Positions 49,163 through 58,846 of a stretch of DNA of 64,000 bases are shown piece by piece. Made by a program: the position numbers and the translations under genes. The notes beneath the pieces were generated by a model, which was not told the origin of the DNA, made no database searches, and saw only the letters and a program-made list of their open reading frames with translations. Source of the stretch: Planctomycetota bacterium (GTDB taxonomy: Bacteria; Planctomycetota; UBA1135; UBA2386); the NCBI GenBank assembly GCA_947501605.1, contig CANMWZ010000011.1, positions 26,005 to 90,004 on the forward strand, given 5' to 3'. Position 1 is the stretch's first letter, and every line of letters begins with the position of its first letter.

Positions 49163-49193
49163 CACCCGACCTCGTGCTGCCATCGATCCCACC

Positions 49194-51401
49194 ATGATCG
49201 CTCTCGTGCGGGTGCTGCTGCTCGTCGCCCTCATCGCCACGCCCGCGTCGGCACAGACAAGCCCAGAAGAGCCTCGCGCGGGACGACCGCGCATCGGCCT
49301 CGTACTCAGCGGCGGGGGCGCGCGCGGCACCGCCCACGTCGGGGTGCTGCAGGTGCTGGAAGAACTGCGCATCCCGATCGACTGCATCGCCGGTACCAGC
49401 ATGGGCGCCATCGTCGGTGGCCTCTACGCCTACGGCCGCACGACGGCAGAACTCGAACAGCTCGTGACGCGGCGCTCGCTGACGACGACCTGGCAGGATC
49501 TGCTGCGCGATGGTGGCCCGTTCGTGACGCTGCCGTTCCGCCGCAAGGAAGAGGCGCAGACCTACCTCGCCGGCCCCAAGTTCGGCATCCGCAACGGCAG
49601 CTTCCGCTTGCCCAAGGGCCTGCTGCAGGGGCAGAACCTCGAGACGGAGTTGCGACTGCTGACCTTGGCGGCCCATGACTTGCCGACCTTTGACGACTTG
49701 CCGATTCCGTTTCGATGCACGGCGGTCGACGTGCGCACCGGCAAGAAAGTAGTGCTCGACCGCGGCAATCTGGCCGACGCGATGCGTGCGAGCATGTCAC
49801 TGCCCGGCATCTTCGCGCCGGCGCGCATCGATGGCCGCGATCTGCTCGACGGTGGCCTCGCCGACAACGTGCCGATCGCGGTTGCGCGCGCAATGAACGT
49901 CGACGTCCTGATCGTGATCGACATCGGCACGCCGGTCGACTCTGTGGGCGCGGCATCGAGTGTGCTCGACGTGTCGCTGAAGGTGATGGCGATCCTGACG
50001 CAACAAAACGTCGATCACAGCCTCGCCAGGATGCAACCCGGCGACCTGCTGATCCGACCGGACCTCGGCGACATCACGTCGAAGGACTTCGAGCGCGCGG
50101 CGAAGGCAATCGCGATCGGCCGCGCCGCCGCAATTGCGCGCGCCGACGATCTGCGCCGGTGGTCGTTGCCGCGAGCAGACTACGATGCGCACCGCGAAGC
50201 GCAGCAGCGGCGACCAATGCCGCCACCGCGGCTTGCGTCGCTGTCGATCGCCAACGACTCGAGCCTCTCCGACGACATGCTGCGCGCCCGCACCTCGCTG
50301 CGCGCCGGCGAGCCCTTCGACGAAGCGCAACTCCGGGAGGACCTCGACCGCCTGTTCGCCATCGACCTGTTCCAGCGCGTGCGCTTCGACGTGACGCCGC
50401 GTGGTGACGGGAGCGCCGACCTACGCTTGCAGGCGGAAGAGAAGGACTGGGGACCGAGCTTCATGACGTTTGGCCTGTCGCTGCAGACCGACGCCGAGCG
50501 CAGTTGGTTCCAACTCGCCGGTCTGCACGTGGCTCGTGGACTCGACCAGCTGGGGGCGGAACTGCGCACGGTCGCGGAGATCGGCGAGCGCACCAGCCTT
50601 GGCACGGAGTGGTACCAGCCGCTGTCCACCAGCGGTCGGTGGTTTGTGGCGCCGCGCGCCCTGGCCCGCGAGTCGCAGCTCGACGTCTACCAGAACGGGG
50701 CGCAGATCGCCGAGCAACAGCTACGGCAAGCGGACGCCGGACTCGATCTCGGACTCTCGCTCGGCAGCCTCGGTGAACTCCGCGCCGGCTACGTGCGCCT
50801 GTTCGGCGAATCGGACATCGGACTCACCACGGCGCCCTTGGCCGACAGCGAGTTCGACGATGGCTACCTGCGCCTGCGCGCGGTGCTCGACACCAAGAAC
50901 GCGGCCTACTTCGCAACGGCTGGTTCGCACCTGCTGACCGAGTATCGCCACGCCGATCTCGGCCTGCAGACGAACGATCGGTTCCACAGTCTGCTCGTAC
51001 GAGCCGACCACGCCGTCACCATCGGCGACGTCACGCTCGTGCCGGCGATCGAATTCGACACCATGCTCGAAGGCCAACGGCCGGAGTGGGACAAACCGTC
51101 GCTCGGTGGGTTCTTGCGCCTGTCCGGCTTGCCGGTCGCCGCGAGCGTCGTGCAGCACTTGGCACTGGCGCGCCTCGGCGGCCGCGTGCCGGTGTCGTCT
51201 GGCCTCGTGCCCGTGCATGTCGGCGCGACCGTCGAACTGGCCAGCGCCTGGCAGTCGCGCGACCAACGCTTCGACGATACGAGGCTCGGCGGCAGCGTCT
51301 TCGCGGCGCTCGAAACCCCGATCGGTCCGCTCTACCTCGGCCTCGGCCTTGCGGATGGCGGCGAGTCGACTGGGTTCTTGCTGCTCGGCCCAGGCTTCTG
51401 A
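49194..51401 (+). CDS. Patatin-like phospholipase fused to a POTRA/Omp85-type beta-barrel (PlpD-like, type Vd secretion architecture)
   Basis: Signal MIALVRVLLLVALIATPASAQ. Patatin motifs GLVLSGGGARG, GTSMGA and LLDGGLADNVP. The C-terminal roughly 350 aa are beta-strand-rich and end LLLGPGF. Confidence 0.85.
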   Translation: MIALVRVLLLVALIATPASAQTSPEEPRAGRPRIGLVLSGGGARGTAHVGVLQVLEELRIPIDCIAGTSMGAIVGGLYAYGRTTAELEQLVTRRSLTTTWQDLLRDGGPFVTLPFRRKEEAQTYLAGPKFGIRNGSFRLPKGLLQGQNLETELRLLTLAAHDLPTFDDLPIPFRCTAVDVRTGKKVVLDRGNLADAMRASMSLPGIFAPARIDGRDLLDGGLADNVPIAVARAMNVDVLIVIDIGTPVDSVGAASSVLDVSLKVMAILTQQNVDHSLARMQPGDLLIRPDLGDITSKDFERAAKAIAIGRAAAIARADDLRRWSLPRADYDAHREAQQRRPMPPPRLASLSIANDSSLSDDMLRARTSLRAGEPFDEAQLREDLDRLFAIDLFQRVRFDVTPRGDGSADLRLQAEEKDWGPSFMTFGLSLQTDAERSWFQLAGLHVARGLDQLGAELRTVAEIGERTSLGTEWYQPLSTSGRWFVAPRALARESQLDVYQNGAQIAEQQLRQADAGLDLGLSLGSLGELRAGYVRLFGESDIGLTTAPLADSEFDDGYLRLRAVLDTKNAAYFATAGSHLLTEYRHADLGLQTNDRFHSLLVRADHAVTIGDVTLVPAIEFDTMLEGQRPEWDKPSLGGFLRLSGLPVAASVVQHLALARLGGRVPVSSGLVPVHVGATVELASAWQSRDQRFDDTRLGGSVFAALETPIGPLYLGLGLADGGESTGFLLLGPGF

Positions 51402-51429
51402 CCAAGTCAGGGGAGCTTGTGGAGCAAGG

Positions 51430-52035
51430 TCAGAACTTCATGACGAACTGCAACACCTGCCAGCCCCAGTAGCCGCGCTCCCCTGACAGCTCCTCCGTCG
51501 ACACGTAGTAGTTGACTTCGGATGCGATCATGCCGCGGTCGCTGGTCTGGATCCGCAGTCCGGCACCACCGCTGAACAGGAGACCCCATTCGCTGCCGCG
51601 GCCGAGTGTGTCCACGTAGCCAAGACCACTGCCGACCGTGACGTAGGGCTGCAGCGTGTCATTGCGCGGCAAGAAGTACCGGGCCTGGCCCATCGCACCG
51701 AACAACGACTCGCTGTCGTCGAAACCAAAGTGCACCGACGGACCGAGGGTGAGATTGGTATCGATCGGAATGTCGTACGAGGACGCGAAGAACGTCATTA
51801 CTGGCGATGTCGTGAAGCCGATGCCCATCGGTACCAACGCATCGGCCGGCGCGTTGCCGTCGGCGCCGAACGCAGTGGGCTGCGTCGGTGCGGGATCAGT
51901 ACTCGCCGGTGCCGGTGCAGGCATCGACGACACGAAGGTCTCGGTCAGCGGCGGAGCGGAGCTTCGCGAGGCGACCGGCGCCGTCGCACAGGCGACCAAC
52001 GGCAAGAGGGCTACGAGCGAGAAGGTGTGGTGCAT
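51430..52035 (-). CDS. Small outer-membrane beta-barrel protein, paralog 1
   Basis: Signal/lipobox MHHTFSLVALLPLVAC. Alternating-hydrophobicity strands. C-terminal aromatic residue (..QVLQFVMKF). Confidence 0.6.
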   Translation of the reverse strand: MHHTFSLVALLPLVACATAPVASRSSAPPLTETFVSSMPAPAPASTDPAPTQPTAFGADGNAPADALVPMGIGFTTSPVMTFFASSYDIPIDTNLTLGPSVHFGFDDSESLFGAMGQARYFLPRNDTLQPYVTVGSGLGYVDTLGRGSEWGLLFSGGAGLRIQTSDRGMIASEVNYYVSTEELSGERGYWGWQVLQFVMKF

Positions 52036-52113
52036 AGCAGGAGGGCAGGGACTGGAATCCACTTCGATCGGCGTCGGCGTGGCGGCCGAAACGACAACCG
52101 GGAACTATCCGGA

Positions 52114-52758
52114 TCAGAAGGTCAGCGAGGCGCCGAGCTGCAGGAACGAACCGAAGGCCTCGGTGTCGCCAGGATGGCCGTAGACCACACCGCCGCCGCC
52201 GAAGTCGAACGACAGGGATCGCGTCGGCCGGAACGACAGCAGCAAGCGCAACTGCGCCGCGCCTTCGCGAATCGAACGCAGAGAACCACCCGAGACATCG
52301 ATGGCTGCCGCACCGAGACCGGCGCCGACGATGAGATCGAAGTTGCCACCGCCGTCGGCGAGCGGCACGCGCACGTCGAAGTCGAGGAACCCCGACTGCA
52401 CGTCGATGTCGCTGGCGTCGTTGGAGAGCTCGAAGCCCTGGTAGCTGATCCCGATGCTCTGGTCGCGGTTGCCGACAGCGGCGCGCGCGCCGTAGCCGCT
52501 GCCGTCGGCGGCGCCGATGTCACTGGTTGGCACCAGCGGATCATCGGAATCGAGTCGAAACCACGCGGCTGGTAACCACGCCGCCTCGACGACGAGGCGA
52601 TCGCCCCACTGGCCACCGCCCGCTTGGTAGCGCGTTCCGTACCGCGGCTCTTGGGTTGCTACCGAGGCGAGCGGCAGCGTTTGGCACGACGCGAGCGCGA
52701 GCGCGACCAACAGCGCGAATACCAACGGAGTGGACAGCAACGAGGAGAACTTCGGCAT
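52114..52758 (-). CDS. Small outer-membrane beta-barrel protein, paralog 2
   Basis: Signal/lipobox MPKFSSLLSTPLVFALLVALALASC. Gly-rich strands. C-terminal ..LQLGASLTF. Confidence 0.6.
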   Translation of the reverse strand: MPKFSSLLSTPLVFALLVALALASCQTLPLASVATQEPRYGTRYQAGGGQWGDRLVVEAAWLPAAWFRLDSDDPLVPTSDIGAADGSGYGARAAVGNRDQSIGISYQGFELSNDASDIDVQSGFLDFDVRVPLADGGGNFDLIVGAGLGAAAIDVSGGSLRSIREGAAQLRLLLSFRPTRSLSFDFGGGGVVYGHPGDTEAFGSFLQLGASLTF

Positions 52759-52847
52759 GGCATTCACGGCAACCACGGCGAAACATCAAAGCCGTGAGGG
52801 CAGCGCAAGTCCACGCCCCACAACCGCGGATTCGAAGGCCGGCGCGC

Positions 52848-54041
52848 TCAGACTCCAGGGCCCCACGGGGTCGACTGCTGGCCCGGTCCACCGCGCCGAA
52901 CAGCGCCTTCGCCATGGCGATCGCGGATCGCGTCCATGGCCGCGAGCACCTTCTGCGCCCGCATGTCGCGAACGGCGAAGAGCGACCCTTGCTTTGCCGC
53001 CGCCGCCGCACCGAGTCCCGCAGCCGTCACGCCGAGCAGGCGGATGCCGGGTCGGCCGCGCCAGCACGCGCGCAGCAAGTCCACCGCCGTGCGATACAAC
53101 ACCAGATCGTCCTGCGTCGCCTCGATGGTTCGCTGCCGCAGCAGTGTGGTGAAGTCGGGGTGGCGCAGCTTGAGCTTGACCACGCGCGCGCTGCGGTCCT
53201 GTTGGCGGAGGCGGCGGCCGACTTGTTCGCTGAGTTGCAGCAGCACCTGATGCGCCTGCTCGGCCGTGACGAGGTCCTGTTCGAAGGTCAACTCGTGACC
53301 GAGCGTCTTGGCTTCGCGCTCGCTCTCGACCGGTCGTGCGTCGAGACCGTTGGCCAGCACAAACAAGTGCGCCCCGAGATGCTCGCCGAAATCGCAGACC
53401 AGCTGCTCGTGCGACCGCGCCTGCACATCGCCAATCGTGCGCAACGATCGCGCCTGCAACAGCGGCTCGGTCTTCGCACCGATGCCCCACAAGCGTGACA
53501 CCGGCAGCGGCGCCAGAAACGCGCGCTCCTGCCCGGGCGGAACCACGACAAGACCGTCGGGTTTGCGAACATCGCTGGCCACCTTGGCGACGAACTTGCA
53601 GGAGGCAACGCCGACCGAGACGGTGAGCTGCACGGCTGCGAACACGTCGCGACGGATCATCGCGGCAATCGCCGCCCCATCGCCGAACAACGGTTCGCAC
53701 CCGGTTACGTCGAGGAAGGCCTCGTCCAACGACAGCGGTTCGATGCGGTCGGTGTAGCGAGCGAACACGGACTGCACCGCTTGGCTGACCGCCTCGTAAA
53801 CCTGCGGCCGCGGGCGCACGAAGATGCCGTGCGGACACAGCTGCTTTGCGCGCACGCCCGGCATCGCCGAGTGCACGCCGAACGCGCGCGCCTCGTAGCT
53901 CGCCGTGGCCACCACCTGCCGCGGTCCGGATCCGCCAATGATCACCGGTTTGCCGCGCAACTCGGGACGGTCGCGCTGCTCGATGGCCGCATAGAACGCG
54001 TCCATGTCGGCATGAAGGATCGTGCGCGGGGAGTCCGCCAT
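52848..54041 (-). CDS. dinB: DNA polymerase IV (Y-family)
   Basis: ILHADMDAFYAAIEQRD, VATASYEARAFGVHSAMP and LSLDEAFLDVT. Start is taken at MADSPRTILHADMD (ATG 54041). Confidence 0.9.
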   Translation of the reverse strand: MADSPRTILHADMDAFYAAIEQRDRPELRGKPVIIGGSGPRQVVATASYEARAFGVHSAMPGVRAKQLCPHGIFVRPRPQVYEAVSQAVQSVFARYTDRIEPLSLDEAFLDVTGCEPLFGDGAAIAAMIRRDVFAAVQLTVSVGVASCKFVAKVASDVRKPDGLVVVPPGQERAFLAPLPVSRLWGIGAKTEPLLQARSLRTIGDVQARSHEQLVCDFGEHLGAHLFVLANGLDARPVESEREAKTLGHELTFEQDLVTAEQAHQVLLQLSEQVGRRLRQQDRSARVVKLKLRHPDFTTLLRQRTIEATQDDLVLYRTAVDLLRACWRGRPGIRLLGVTAAGLGAAAAAKQGSLFAVRDMRAQKVLAAMDAIRDRHGEGAVRRGGPGQQSTPWGPGV

Positions 54042-54406
54042 CTTCAGCAGTGTCGCAAGCACGACGGCTCCAGACCATGGTGCCGAACGTCGCGCACTCC
54101 AATAGGCAGTTTCCACCGGCCGCCGCCGGGTTCGCGGCGCCTGGCTCGCAGCTCCTACTCCGGCTAGGAGCGCCTGCAGCCCACCCGGCCGCGGAGCCGG
54201 GAAGGGTCGCCTAGTCCTGGGGGCTCGACGCCGGCGGAAATGCCACCAACGTCACCGCCGGGTTCGCAGCCGCCCAGAAGGCGATGGAGGAGTCCGACGC
54301 GGCAGTCTTGGCGATGGCCGGCACACATCGACCTGCGGGGGAATTGCCGGTCGCAGCGTGCGCTTTGTGAATTCTGGCTCTTGGGACAGGGCAGGAAGTT
54401 CTCATC

Positions 54407-55123
54407 GTGCTCGCCGCCCCTACCATCCAACGCTCCGCCGCGGCCCGAACCGCGAAGCTGGCCACAGCTTGCCGCATCGCACGGCGAGGGCAGAATCAGC
54501 GGATCCGCAGTCACTTTGCCCTGTCCGTGCACGAGAACACCCGCAGCCTCGTCGCCCGCGCGCTCGCCAACGACGGCGACGCCGTGGAGACCCTGTTCCA
54601 GCGCTATCGCGAACGACTGCGCTCGGCGCTACGTAAACTCGTGGGCCCAAAGTACCGCCTGCTGCTGGCGGACAGCGACGACGCCACGCAAGACGCCATC
54701 CTCTCGGCGCTGCGCCGCCTGGGGCAGTTCGAGTACCGGGGCGACGGCTCCTTCCTCGCGTGGCTGCTGAAGGGCGCCGAGTTCGAGATCCTGCGCCGGG
54801 TGCGCGCGCTCGAGACCCGCAAGCGTTCGGGCCCGCAGCGCGACGTCGAACTCGACACGCAGCTCGTCCGCATGCTGCCGGGGGATGACAAGACCCCTGC
54901 CGACCTAGTCGCCGAACAGGAAATGGCGGAGCGCGTGCGCGCAGCACTTACCCGCCTGCCCGATCGCGAACGCGAGGTCATCATGCTGCGGCGCTACCTC
55001 GAACTCGACAACGAGGAGATCTGCAACGAACTCGGCCTGCCAACCGCCGGCGCCGTGCGCGCTCTGCTGTCGCGCGCCCAGGCCCGCTTGTCCGACATGC
55101 TCGCCGACGAAGAGGACTCCTGA
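54407..55123 (+). CDS. ECF-type RNA polymerase sigma factor (Ser/Thr-kinase-associated)
   Basis: Region 2 (LFQRYRERL...DDATQDAILSALRR...FLAWLLKGAEFEILRR). Region 4 (LPDREREVIMLRRYLELDNEEICNELGLPTAGAVRALLSRAQARL). An in-frame GTG at 54527 is an alternative start. The TGA lies 1 nt before the kinase ATG. Confidence 0.85.
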   Translation: MLAAPTIQRSAAARTAKLATACRIARRGQNQRIRSHFALSVHENTRSLVARALANDGDAVETLFQRYRERLRSALRKLVGPKYRLLLADSDDATQDAILSALRRLGQFEYRGDGSFLAWLLKGAEFEILRRVRALETRKRSGPQRDVELDTQLVRMLPGDDKTPADLVAEQEMAERVRAALTRLPDREREVIMLRRYLELDNEEICNELGLPTAGAVRALLSRAQARLSDMLADEEDS

Positions 55124-55124
55124 C

Positions 55125-58100
55125 ATGCAACCAGGCGGCGACAACCTGCCGGCACACGCCGAGGACAGCGACCTGGTTCAGCGCGCGGTCGAGACCTTCA
55201 TCGACCTGCGCGGCAAGCAACCCGACCTCGAGCCAAGCGCATTCGCGAGTGACTACCCGGCCAATCTGCGCAAGAAGATCAGCTCGCGCTGCCGTCACTT
55301 CTTGCAGTTCGACGACTTCCTCGGCCACGTGCGCCATGACGACGGTCGCGACGCCGCGCCCTCTGGCCGCAAGTTCGGCGAATACGTCATCGAAGAGGAA
55401 CTCGGTCGCGGCGGCATGGGCGTCGTCTATCTCGCGACCCAGCCGTCGCTGCGCCGGCGCATCGCACTGAAGGTACTGGCCAGCGGGCTGGCGCTGAGTT
55501 CGCGCCACGTCGAGCGCTTCCGGCGCGAGGCTGCCGCCGCCGCGAGCCTGCGACATCCAGCGATCGTGCCAGTGCACGGCTTCTGCGAGGTCGACGGCAC
55601 CTTCGCCTTCGCGATGGACTTCGTGCCCGGCCGCAACCTCGGCGTCGTGATCGACGAACTGCGTCTGCAGAACGGCAGCACCTCGCTGGGCATCGACGGG
55701 TCGCTCGGCCTCAAGAAGGACGGCGAACGCGACCAGAGCTACGTCGCCGAGTGTGCTCGGCTGTGCGCGCAGTTGGCCTCAGCGCTCGTGGTCGCGCACC
55801 AAGCCGGAATCGCGCACCGCGACCTCAAGCCGCGCAACATCATGATCGACGACCGACGGCAGCCGCGACTGCTCGACTTCGGTCTCGCCAAGCAACTCGG
55901 TGACGACAGCCTCACCGGGTCGCTCGACATCACGGGCACCGTGCACTACATGAGCCCGGAGCAGACGCTGCAGAAGAAGGTCGTGCAGGACCATCGCACC
56001 GACATCTTCTCGCTCGGCGTCATCCTCTACGAACTGCTGACGCTGGCGCGGCCGTTCGACGGCAAGAACATGCAGCAGATCGTCTACGAGATCTGCTTTC
56101 GCGATCCGCTGCCGATCCACAAGCGCAACGCCCGCGTGCCGCGCGACCTCGTCACCATCTGCGACAAGGCGCTCGAGAAGGACCCTCAGAATCGCTACCA
56201 GACGGCGGCCGAGTTCGAAGCGGATCTGCAGCGGTTCCTGCACCTCGAACCGATCCACGCGAAGCCGGCAAGCATGGCCTTGCGCCTGTCGAAGTGGGCG
56301 CAGCGCAACCGCGCCGCAGTGATCGTCGGTGGCACGCTCGCATTCGCAACCCTGGTGATCGCCGCCGCCAACGCCGCCAGTGCCGCCGAACGCGATGCGC
56401 AGGCCCGCTTGCTGCTGCAACAAGCCGACGTCGCGGCAACTGGCGCCGACCACAGCCGGGCGATCGACCTCGCGACCGAGGCACTGAAGCTGCTACCCGA
56501 GGACGCCACCGTGCAAGACCGGCTGAAGTTGCTGCGCAGCAACGGGGAACTCGCGGCCACGGACGATCTGCGGCGCAAGGCCGAGGCCAACGTGTTGATG
56601 CTGCGGAGCCGCCAGAAGGTGGGAGTCGAACGCGATGCCTCGCTGCGCCTCGCCTTGGAGGCCGTCGCTCTCGACGATGGGCCGGTCAGTCGTGGCGCCG
56701 TGCTGTCGGCGCTCGCTTCGGGCTACCGCACCACCGAGTTCGATGCGCTGCGCGCGACGGCGCTGATCGTGCCGAACGCCGATGGCGCAATGGTCGCAAC
56801 CGTGAGTCTGTTCGGTCCAGCAAGACTGTGGGACGCGAAGACCGGCCTTGAGTTGCGCGAACTCGTCGGCCGCGACCTCGCACTCTGTGCCCGCTTTCAT
56901 CCCGATGGCCTGCGAGTCGCGACCGGCGATCGCCAAGGGGCAACCTTGTGGCGCGCGACCGATGGCAAGGAACTCCGCCACTATGACCGGCCCGGGAGCG
57001 TGTATGGGGTTCACTTCGACCGCAGCGGCAAGAGGCTGTTGACCACCGACAACCTGCACCCAGAACGCACCGAGTTCGCCGTCGTCGTCTGGGACACCGA
57101 GTCCGGCGCCGAGCTCGCCTCGATGCGCGGACCGCGCTGGTCGCAGGAATGCGCGATCAGCGACGACGGCAGCCTCGTCGCCAGCTGCGGCCAACCGGGC
57201 TACGTGCAACTCTGGCGCGCCGAGTCAGGCCAGCAGATCGCGCGTTTGCCGATCGACGGTCACGTGACCAGCCTGCACTTCGCGCCGATCGAGCGCACTG
57301 CCGATCCGACGACTGCGCCGCGGCGCCTCGCGGTCGCCAGCAGCAGCGGTGAGGTGCGCATGTTTGCGATCCCAACCGGGGCGCTGCTGGCATCGACGCG
57401 CTTTGGCCGCGCCGCCTTCTGCGTGCGGTTCTCGCCGGATGGCAACCATCTGCTGGCAACGGGCGCCGATGGCAGTGCGCGCGTCTTCGACGTCGCCCTT
57501 GCTGCCGACCAGCCCGACCGCGTCGTCGAGGCCGCGGCCACGCGCAAAGAGCCCGTCGCGGCTGCTGGGCTAGCACCACTGCGCGAGGAGCTGCTGCTCT
57601 CAGGCCACGGAGCCGAGGTCTTTGCTGGCGAGTACGACGCCACGGGCGGCCGCATCGTCACCGCCTGCTTTGACGGCGTGCTGCGCGTGTTCGACGCGAA
57701 CAGCGGCGCGGAACGACTGCGTCACGAAGCCGGCGGGCCGCTGCATTCTGCCGCGTTCGCTCCCGGTGGACAGCGCGTGCTGTTCGAGGCCGCAGGTCGG
57801 AACACCTACGCCATCGACTTCGACGCTGCGCGCGGCATGCTCCGATTGCCGCACCGCGAATGGAGCCTCGCCGCGCGCTTCCATCCCACCCTGCCGTTGC
57901 TGTTCACGGCGGCCGGCGACCTCGATGCGTATCTCGCGGTCTGGAACACAGGTGACGGCTCTCTGCTGCGCACCATCCGCGGACTGCCGCAAGGCGACGG
58001 CATCGTCGCACTCGAGCTCGATGCAACCGGGCAGCGCGCTGTGCTAGGGACCTTTTCAGGTCGTGCGACCGTCTTGGATCTGCAGAGTGACACCGTGATC

Positions 58101-58820
58101 TGGTCCACGCAGAACGACGACAAGCAACTGGAGTCGGCGGCCTTTTCGGCCGACGGGCGCCTGTGCGTGTTCGCCTCGCTGCGGACCGGTCGCGTGCGCG
58201 TGCGCGACGCCAGCAACGGCACGCAGGTATTGCAGCTCGACCTTCCGGCTGGGGCGCGGACTGCAGCGCTGTCCATCGACGGTGCAGTGCTCGCCACCGC
58301 GGCGCGCGATGATGGCAGGGTGCGCCTGTGGTCGGTCAAGGACAGCGCCCCGCTCGGCGAGCTCAACGGGCACACCGGCCCAGTGCGTTCGGTGCGCTAC
58401 CTTCGCGACGGTCGCCACCTGCTGACGGCGAGCGAAGACGGCACGGCCCGGTTGTGGAGCATCGACGGTGCGCTGGTGCGGACCTTCCCCGCTGGCGAAC
58501 CGCTGGCGATGGCGGAGATCTCGCAGGACGGCTCGACGCTGCTTTGCGGCAACACCCTGAGCCGGGACTGCACGGTGTTCGTGTTCGACGCCACCACCGG
58601 GGCAGAACGCTTGCGCAGCCCGATGCATGGCTCGCGCCTGCGTTCGATTGCATTGAGTGCCGACGGCCGCCTGGCGGCAACCTGCGGCTCCGAACAGTCG
58701 GCGCGCCTGTGGCCGACCGACCCGGTCGCGGTGGCGCGCCAACTGCTGCAGCAACCCGACTCTGCCGCGCCGGCGCAACGTGAGGTTGCAGCGCCCGCGC
58801 CTACCACTTCCCCACGCTGA
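55125..58820 (+). CDS. Membrane-spanning Ser/Thr protein kinase with large C-terminal WD40 beta-propeller region
   Basis: Kinase motifs GRGGMGVVY, ALKVL, HRDLKPRNIM, DFGLA and MSPEQ (about nt 55380-56240). Single TM AAVIVGGTLAFATLVIAAANAA (about 56313-56381). About 800 aa of WD-like repeats follow (..ARLWD, ..VQLWR, ..VRLWS, ..ARLWS, ..ARLWP). Confidence 0.9.
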   Translation: MQPGGDNLPAHAEDSDLVQRAVETFIDLRGKQPDLEPSAFASDYPANLRKKISSRCRHFLQFDDFLGHVRHDDGRDAAPSGRKFGEYVIEEELGRGGMGVVYLATQPSLRRRIALKVLASGLALSSRHVERFRREAAAAASLRHPAIVPVHGFCEVDGTFAFAMDFVPGRNLGVVIDELRLQNGSTSLGIDGSLGLKKDGERDQSYVAECARLCAQLASALVVAHQAGIAHRDLKPRNIMIDDRRQPRLLDFGLAKQLGDDSLTGSLDITGTVHYMSPEQTLQKKVVQDHRTDIFSLGVILYELLTLARPFDGKNMQQIVYEICFRDPLPIHKRNARVPRDLVTICDKALEKDPQNRYQTAAEFEADLQRFLHLEPIHAKPASMALRLSKWAQRNRAAVIVGGTLAFATLVIAAANAASAAERDAQARLLLQQADVAATGADHSRAIDLATEALKLLPEDATVQDRLKLLRSNGELAATDDLRRKAEANVLMLRSRQKVGVERDASLRLALEAVALDDGPVSRGAVLSALASGYRTTEFDALRATALIVPNADGAMVATVSLFGPARLWDAKTGLELRELVGRDLALCARFHPDGLRVATGDRQGATLWRATDGKELRHYDRPGSVYGVHFDRSGKRLLTTDNLHPERTEFAVVVWDTESGAELASMRGPRWSQECAISDDGSLVASCGQPGYVQLWRAESGQQIARLPIDGHVTSLHFAPIERTADPTTAPRRLAVASSSGEVRMFAIPTGALLASTRFGRAAFCVRFSPDGNHLLATGADGSARVFDVALAADQPDRVVEAAATRKEPVAAAGLAPLREELLLSGHGAEVFAGEYDATGGRIVTACFDGVLRVFDANSGAERLRHEAGGPLHSAAFAPGGQRVLFEAAGRNTYAIDFDAARGMLRLPHREWSLAARFHPTLPLLFTAAGDLDAYLAVWNTGDGSLLRTIRGLPQGDGIVALELDATGQRAVLGTFSGRATVLDLQSDTVIWSTQNDDKQLESAAFSADGRLCVFASLRTGRVRVRDASNGTQVLQLDLPAGARTAALSIDGAVLATAARDDGRVRLWSVKDSAPLGELNGHTGPVRSVRYLRDGRHLLTASEDGTARLWSIDGALVRTFPAGEPLAMAEISQDGSTLLCGNTLSRDCTVFVFDATTGAERLRSPMHGSRLRSIALSADGRLAATCGSEQSARLWPTDPVAVARQLLQQPDSAAPAQREVAAPAPTTSPR

Positions 58821-58846
58821 CCTGCACCCCGGTACGATCCACGGCC

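Noticed and set aside
54151-54171. 7-bp-stem inverted repeat gctcctaCTCCGGCtaggagc in the dinB / ECF-sigma divergent region; a possible ECF -35-like GGAATT near 54330
   Set aside because: It is too short and isolated to distinguish from chance. I found no recognisable LexA box or ECF -35/-10 pair with proper spacing.
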